Shown one piece after another: positions 58,746 to 64,000 of a stretch of DNA of 64,000 nucleotides. The stretch's first letter is position 1; each line of letters begins with the position of its first letter. The stretch lies in assembly GCA_965213925.1 (NCBI GenBank), contig OZ243927.1:1888001-1952000 (forward strand), written 5' to 3'. A program made the position numbers and the translations under genes. The notes below the pieces were generated by a model. It ran no database searches. It was given only the letters and a program-made list of their open reading frames with translations, and was not told where the DNA came from. This DNA comes from Trueperaceae bacterium. Its GTDB lineage: Bacteria; Deinococcota; Deinococci; Deinococcales; Trueperaceae.

Positions 58746-58962
58746 CCGAACCGCTAAAACGTGCTCTTTTTCGCTTCTCGAGTCGCCCTAGACCCAAGAT
58801 GAACGAAGTCCCAACCTCACGCCTCGTTCTTCTCACGCCGCCTTCAGCCCTGCTCGCCATAATCCCTTTAAGCGCCGCCGCACGTCGGACGCCGCTCAGC
58901 TTGACAACTTAGCACGGGGTAAACTGGGCGTTATGCCTTTAAGACCCCATCCACGGAGGAAC

Positions 58963-59670
58963 ATGAAACGCAACCTGAATTTGAAAACTATCCTGACCCT
59001 TTTGGCGCTATTTGCGTTCGCCGCTGTTTCAGCGCAAGATTTGAACGCGGACGAGATTTTGGAGCGGTTGGAGAGGAAAGCCGAAGCCACCCAAGACGCC
59101 TCGACCCTCGTCACGGGCAGCCTCTACGATTCGGACGGTACGGAGATTCCTTTAGAGGTGGACGTGCAGTTCGTCGCCGACGAGCAGCTCACCCGCGCCG
59201 AGTTCTATCAGCCCGACGCGCTGGCGGATAACTTCGTCGTGGTGGACGGCGACGCCGTTTACAACTACCTCTACGTCACCAACCAGGTCACGATCCTTAA
59301 CGCCAGCGACCCCGACGCGCTCGGCTCGCTCTTCCCCGAAGTCGAGGACGAGGTCGAGGGGAGCTTTAACGCGACGCCCGACGTGAGCAGGCTCTTTAAC
59401 GGCTGGGACGCGACCGTCGAAGGCTACGGGGAGAGCCCCGCCGGGAACGCCTACCGGCTCCGCTTCGACGGCGTCAACGAGGGTCCCATAGACCACGTCA
59501 ATGCCGTGATTATCGACGGGGAGTGGTTGCCTTATAGCCTCGAGTTCGTCCAGGGTGATGGCAGCGTCCTGGCTAACCTCACCTTCGAAGATTACACCGT
59601 CGACAGCGGCTTAAACCCCGAAGAGCTGCGCCTCATCCCGCCCGACGCTGAAGTGTTTGACGACAGATAA
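58963..59670 (+). CDS. Outer-membrane lipoprotein carrier LolA-like protein
   Basis: Signal peptide, RAEFYQPDALADNFVVVDG, NYLYVTNQV; GGAGG RBS. Confidence 0.75.
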   Translation: MKRNLNLKTILTLLALFAFAAVSAQDLNADEILERLERKAEATQDASTLVTGSLYDSDGTEIPLEVDVQFVADEQLTRAEFYQPDALADNFVVVDGDAVYNYLYVTNQVTILNASDPDALGSLFPEVEDEVEGSFNATPDVSRLFNGWDATVEGYGESPAGNAYRLRFDGVNEGPIDHVNAVIIDGEWLPYSLEFVQGDGSVLANLTFEDYTVDSGLNPEELRLIPPDAEVFDDR

Positions 59671-59797
59671 GTAAGAACGCTGTAAGAGAGTTTCCTGTAC
59701 CTTAGCTTTGGGACGGACCCCACGCGGCGCAACGCGAAGACACCCGTCCCCTATCTTCAGCGCGAGCCTCCACCCCGGTGGGGGCTCTAAATTTTGA

Positions 59798-59858
59798 GTA
59801 GGGACGACAGGACTCGAACCTGCACTGAACCGGTCTCTACCGATTGGGCTACGGTGAC
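59798..59858 (-). pseudogene. tRNA remnant lacking the anticodon arm
   Basis: Minus strand GTAGCCCAATCGGTAGAG (D arm) and GCAGGTTCGAGTCCTGT (T arm); acceptor halves do not pair. Confidence 0.6.
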
Positions 59859-59901
59859 TTCTGTTCACTGCAGGTCCACTAAAGCGGGGTAAACTAGGGT
59901 A

Positions 59902-61308
59902 ATGTTACCTAAACTTGCCTTCTCTTGTCTTCTCCTCCTACTTCTCAGCGCGTGCGGTATTTTCGGCGGCGGGTCTAGCGCCGGCGTCTGCTACCCCGAC
60001 GTTAGCAGCGCGGCGCGGCCGCTCACCGCGTCTTCGGCGCAGGCAGATAGCGCCTATGTGCCGGGGCAACTGCTGGTGCGCTATAAAACCGAGGCAGGAT
60101 TAGCGACGCTCGCGGCGCGTTCACAGGCGGTGCAGCGTGACTACGGCTTGCGGGTGCTCGAGGCGAATGCTCACTACGCCGACCTCGTCGCCTTGCCCGC
60201 AGGACAGAGCGTGGAGGCTGCGCGCGACAGGCTCAGCGCCGACCCCCGCGTCGCCTACGCCGAGCCGAACTACTACCTCTATATGCAAGCCATCCCGAGC
60301 GACGTCCTGATAGACGAACAGTGGAACCTTTTGGGGTTCGGTCTGCCGCAAGCGTGGGACATCGAAACGGGGCAGAGCAACGTGACCCTCGCCGTGTTAG
60401 ATAGCGGCGTCGACCTCTCGCACGAAGATTTGCGCGGCAGGATTGTGCAAGGGTGCGACTTCTATAATCAGGACAACGACCCTAACCCCGGCTCGCCTAA
60501 GTCGGACGCTAGCACAACGCATGGCACGCACGTCGCGGGCATCGCCGTTGCAACGGGCGACAACGGGGCAGGCGTCGCGGGTGTGGCGTATACGGGTGTC
60601 AAACTACTCCCGGTTAAAGTCTTTGACGACCGAGGACTCGACAGTGAGCGCACGGCGACCAGCGCAGTGGCGAAGGCCATTCGCTGGGCGGCAGGGTTGG
60701 GGGTAGACGGCGCGCAGCGCAACCCCAACCCTGCCAGGATCATTAACCTGAGCTTAGGGAGTGACGGTATGAGGGACCCTGATACCGGCGAACCCCTCAA
60801 CATCATTACCATTGACGAAGCGATCCGCGACGCGCGGCGAGTAGGCGTCTTGACCGTCGTCTCAGCGGGTAATGTCAAAAGCGGTGCGGAAGGAGACGGC
60901 ATCTTCGCGCCCGCGAATGCGCCGGACGCGCTCGCGGTAGGCTCGGTCGATTCTGACTATACGCGCTCGTCGTTTTCAGCCTACAGCGATTCGGACCGCA
61001 CGGTTGACCTGATGGCTCCGGGTGGTTTTGGGCCGAGTTACTGTGGTTCAGTTGTTAGTACGTTCGGCTCGGATACGAGCACCGACAACTACGGCTGCCA
61101 AGCGGGAACCTCGATGGCGGCACCCTTCGTCGCGGGTGTGGCGGCGCTTATCTGGAGCCAGAACCCCGACTGGAGCGTGGACGAGGTCGAGCAGCAACTG
61201 CTCGCTTCAACCTTTTTCGACCCTAGCTATATGAACTCGAGTGAATATGGTGCAGGCGTGCTGTGCGCGGACCGGGCGCTCGGCGCGGCGACGCTCTGCG
61301 GGAACTAG
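59902..61308 (+). CDS. S8 subtilisin-like serine protease lipoprotein
   Basis: LSAC lipobox, AVLDSG, HGTHVAG, GTSMAAP. Confidence 0.93.
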   Translation: MLPKLAFSCLLLLLLSACGIFGGGSSAGVCYPDVSSAARPLTASSAQADSAYVPGQLLVRYKTEAGLATLAARSQAVQRDYGLRVLEANAHYADLVALPAGQSVEAARDRLSADPRVAYAEPNYYLYMQAIPSDVLIDEQWNLLGFGLPQAWDIETGQSNVTLAVLDSGVDLSHEDLRGRIVQGCDFYNQDNDPNPGSPKSDASTTHGTHVAGIAVATGDNGAGVAGVAYTGVKLLPVKVFDDRGLDSERTATSAVAKAIRWAAGLGVDGAQRNPNPARIINLSLGSDGMRDPDTGEPLNIITIDEAIRDARRVGVLTVVSAGNVKSGAEGDGIFAPANAPDALAVGSVDSDYTRSSFSAYSDSDRTVDLMAPGGFGPSYCGSVVSTFGSDTSTDNYGCQAGTSMAAPFVAGVAALIWSQNPDWSVDEVEQQLLASTFFDPSYMNSSEYGAGVLCADRALGAATLCGN

Positions 61309-61521
61309 CAGGCGCGATCCGGTCACAGTGAGTGAGATGATGCGGAGCAACGCACTCGCTTCGTAGGTCACCCAACACATACCCTAAGGACCAATAATAT
61401 CTGCGTGATACAAGCTCGTTCAGGGTAAAGAACGCCGCGACAACAAGGTGAATTAACCGACGATGAACGGCGTGCTGAGCGCTGTTCATAAAGCCTAAGC
61501 CGCGCGCAGTATAACTAGAAC

Positions 61522-63894
61522 ATGAGACGATTCCGCCTTCTACTTCTCCTAGCATTTTCTCTCTCGCTCGGGCTTGCGGCTTGTTCTGTGCAGACCCAGC
61601 CGCCCCCTACGACGCCCGAACCTAACCCGCCCGCCGACCCAGCCTTGCAGGGCAGCTTCACCCTCTCGACCGACAGCGCGGGCAATAGCTTGGACCCCGG
61701 CGGCGAGGTTAAGGGCGTGCCGATCCGCGTAAACCGCGCCAGCACGTTTGAAGGCGCGGTCACTTTTGAGCTTTTCGGCGCGCCTGAAGGCGTCGCGGGA
61801 CGCTTCGACCCGCCGAGCACTACGGGCGACCGGAGCGAGTTGACGCTTCAAGTGAGCGAGACGACCCCCTCGGGCGAGTACGATTTGACCGTAAGAGGGA
61901 AGAGCGGCGGGACGAGTAATACCGTGCAGATTCCGCTCTTCGTGACCGAAGCGGCGAGCAACAGTCAACCCGGATTTAGCGTGGCGCTGTCGCCCTCGAG
62001 TCTCAACCTCTCACCTGGCGAGAGCGAGAACGTGCGCGTCACCTTCAACCGGAGTGGTGGTGTGGACGGGGCAATTGGACTTAGCGTCTCGGGCGAACCG
62101 GCGGGCGTCACCGTCCTTATCGACACCTCCTCGCAGCCGACCTTGCGCGTCACGGCGGACGAGCGCGCGGTTCCCGGCAACTACGCACTCACGGTGCGCG
62201 GCGCGTCGGGCGGGCTGAGCAGCAGCACGCAGCTTGGGCTGAGCATTGCGGGCGAAGGCGGTAGCGACGCGTCGGGTAGCGCCCGCGTGCGGGGCAGCGT
62301 GCGAACTGCAAACGCCGATATCTCGGTGCAAGCCGCGTCGCAAGCCGCCGCTTCAGAACGTACGTCCCTCGGCATGCTCTCCGCAGCGGAAGGACGAGCA
62401 GCGGCGAAGCCCGCTTTCGTACCGGGGCAGGTGCTCGTGCAGTACCGAACGGGCGAACTGAGTGCGCAGTCAGCACAGAAGGCAGCGCAGAGGGCAATGC
62501 AGATGAAAGTAGCCGTGCGCCAGCGCTTCGGCTTAGACCTCTTAGAGGCGGGCGCTGACCAGCAGCCCGACCTCGTAACCATTCCCAGAGATAAAGAGGT
62601 CGAAGACGTCGCCGCAGAGCTGAGGCGCGACCCCGACGTCCTCCACGCCGAGCCGAACTACTACCTCTACCCGGCAGCGCTACCCAATGACCCCAGCGTG
62701 GGCAAACAGTGGGCGCTCTCAGCCGCAGGGTTGCCCGTCGCTTGGCAGAGGGAAACGGGCGACGAGGTCGTCATCGCGGTTTTAGACTCCGGCTTCGACC
62801 TCTCGCACGAAGACTTGGCGAGCCGCTTTGTGCCCGGTTACGATTTCTGCGCCTTGACGAGCGGCGACTGCGCGAACGCGCCGAGCGACCCAGACCCCAG
62901 CTACGGCGACGCGGCCAACAGCCACGGCACGCTCGTCGCGGGCGTCGCGGGCGCAGCCGGAGATAACGGGCGCGGCGTCGCGGGCGTCGCTTACGGCGGC
63001 GTCAAGCTCCTGCCCGTCAAGCTCTTCAACGACGTAGGCACGGGCGCGACCTCGCAGAGTTTTATCCAAGGGATTCGCTGGGCGGTGGGGCTCGAGGTGG
63101 GCGGCGTCCCTGTCAACCGCAACCCCGCACGGGTCGTCAACATCAGCTTGGGCGGAGACTTTAGCAGCAGCATCGTGCAGAGCGCCATCGACGAGGCGAG
63201 AGGTCGGGGCGCGGTCGTCGTCGCCGCGACGGGCAATAGCGGACGAGGAGGCAGCTCGGGCGGCGTCTTATCGCCCGCGGCTGCAAACGGCGTCATCGGC
63301 GTCGGGTCCATCAACCGCGACTTCGAGCGCTCATGCTTTTCGAACTACGGCGTCGGCGAGCGCAACGGGCCGGGCGGCGTGGACCTCGTTGCGCCGGGCG
63401 GCGAAGCGGCGGCGGCGAGCTGCAACAGGGGCAGCTACGGACTTCTCAGCACCGCGCCGGGCAGCCGCTACGAGACCGCCATCGGCACCTCGTTCGCCAC
63501 GCCGATGGTCGCGGGCGCGGCGGCGCTCATCCTCAGCCGCGAGCCCGGCTTAAGCGCCATACAGGTCGAGGAGAGGCTCTTATCAGGTGCCTACCTTGAC
63601 GACGCGATGAGCCGAGACGAGTATGGGCGCGGCGTGCTGCGCGCCGAGCGGTCGCTCGGAATGGCTGGACCCGGCGACCAGGTGAGCGTCACAGCGAGCG
63701 GCGAAGGCGTGTCCGACAGTGACCTCGCGACCGTCACGCTCGACCTCTACGGCGGCTCGTCCGCCTACAGCTTAGAGGACCTGGCTGCGGGGCGTTACCG
63801 CCTAGAGGCGGCAGCGGACGGTCTGAGCGCCCAGACCACCCTCAGCCTGCGCGACGGCGAGCGGCGTAGCGGCGTCACGCTCGAGCTGCGCTAG
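61522..63894 (+). CDS. S8 subtilisin-like serine protease lipoprotein with N-terminal Ig-like repeats
   Basis: LAAC lipobox, two beta-rich repeats, AVLDSG, HGTLVAG, GTSFATP. Confidence 0.92.
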   Translation: MRRFRLLLLLAFSLSLGLAACSVQTQPPPTTPEPNPPADPALQGSFTLSTDSAGNSLDPGGEVKGVPIRVNRASTFEGAVTFELFGAPEGVAGRFDPPSTTGDRSELTLQVSETTPSGEYDLTVRGKSGGTSNTVQIPLFVTEAASNSQPGFSVALSPSSLNLSPGESENVRVTFNRSGGVDGAIGLSVSGEPAGVTVLIDTSSQPTLRVTADERAVPGNYALTVRGASGGLSSSTQLGLSIAGEGGSDASGSARVRGSVRTANADISVQAASQAAASERTSLGMLSAAEGRAAAKPAFVPGQVLVQYRTGELSAQSAQKAAQRAMQMKVAVRQRFGLDLLEAGADQQPDLVTIPRDKEVEDVAAELRRDPDVLHAEPNYYLYPAALPNDPSVGKQWALSAAGLPVAWQRETGDEVVIAVLDSGFDLSHEDLASRFVPGYDFCALTSGDCANAPSDPDPSYGDAANSHGTLVAGVAGAAGDNGRGVAGVAYGGVKLLPVKLFNDVGTGATSQSFIQGIRWAVGLEVGGVPVNRNPARVVNISLGGDFSSSIVQSAIDEARGRGAVVVAATGNSGRGGSSGGVLSPAAANGVIGVGSINRDFERSCFSNYGVGERNGPGGVDLVAPGGEAAAASCNRGSYGLLSTAPGSRYETAIGTSFATPMVAGAAALILSREPGLSAIQVEERLLSGAYLDDAMSRDEYGRGVLRAERSLGMAGPGDQVSVTASGEGVSDSDLATVTLDLYGGSSAYSLEDLAAGRYRLEAAADGLSAQTTLSLRDGERRSGVTLELR

Positions 63895-64000
63895 GCCTTC
63901 CTTACTAACGGCGCATAATTGCACGACAGTCAACGAACCCGCACGGACCCCTACGCTATACTTGCGCGGGGGTTCTCTCAGGGCTTTACCTAACGGTGAC

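Overview
GC-rich bacterial chromosomal segment, most likely Deinococcota (Truepera/Deinococcus-like). This is inferred from the gene set (RqkA-like kinase, PlsY-reductase fusion, DUF4384/PEGA protein, lipoprotein subtilases) and from many TANNNT boxes 5-7 nt before start codons (leaderless genes). Mostly housekeeping and metabolic genes: glgP, nfo, galT, ftsB-like, fabH, lysS, greA, tpiA, murA, lon, argS, prmA, rsmE, lolA-like. Also present are tRNA-Asn(GTT), tRNA-Pro(CGG), a tRNA remnant and one complete IS630 element split by a +1 frameshift. No CRISPR array, prophage or recognisable defence island was seen. The intergenic DNA is unusually structured: five copies of a modular MITE (15-bp TIRs, probable 5-bp TSDs, swappable tetraloop cassettes), four copies of a ~80-100 bp mini-MITE, three AGCAATG-heptamer hairpins, a 58-bp tandem array and a ~97-nt candidate structured RNA after lon. 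The best leads for undescribed biology are: (1) a PlsY-like acyltransferase fused to an acyl-ACP-reductase-like domain, a candidate for alkylamine/diol lipid synthesis; (2) three Lpp-like coiled-coil lipoproteins beside murA, two with C-terminal Thr-Gly-Gly repeats; (3) the modular MITE family; (4) an orphan MazF bracketed by an inverted copy of the ftsB 3' end; (5) the candidate ncRNA. All calls are by eye from motifs, with no database searches.
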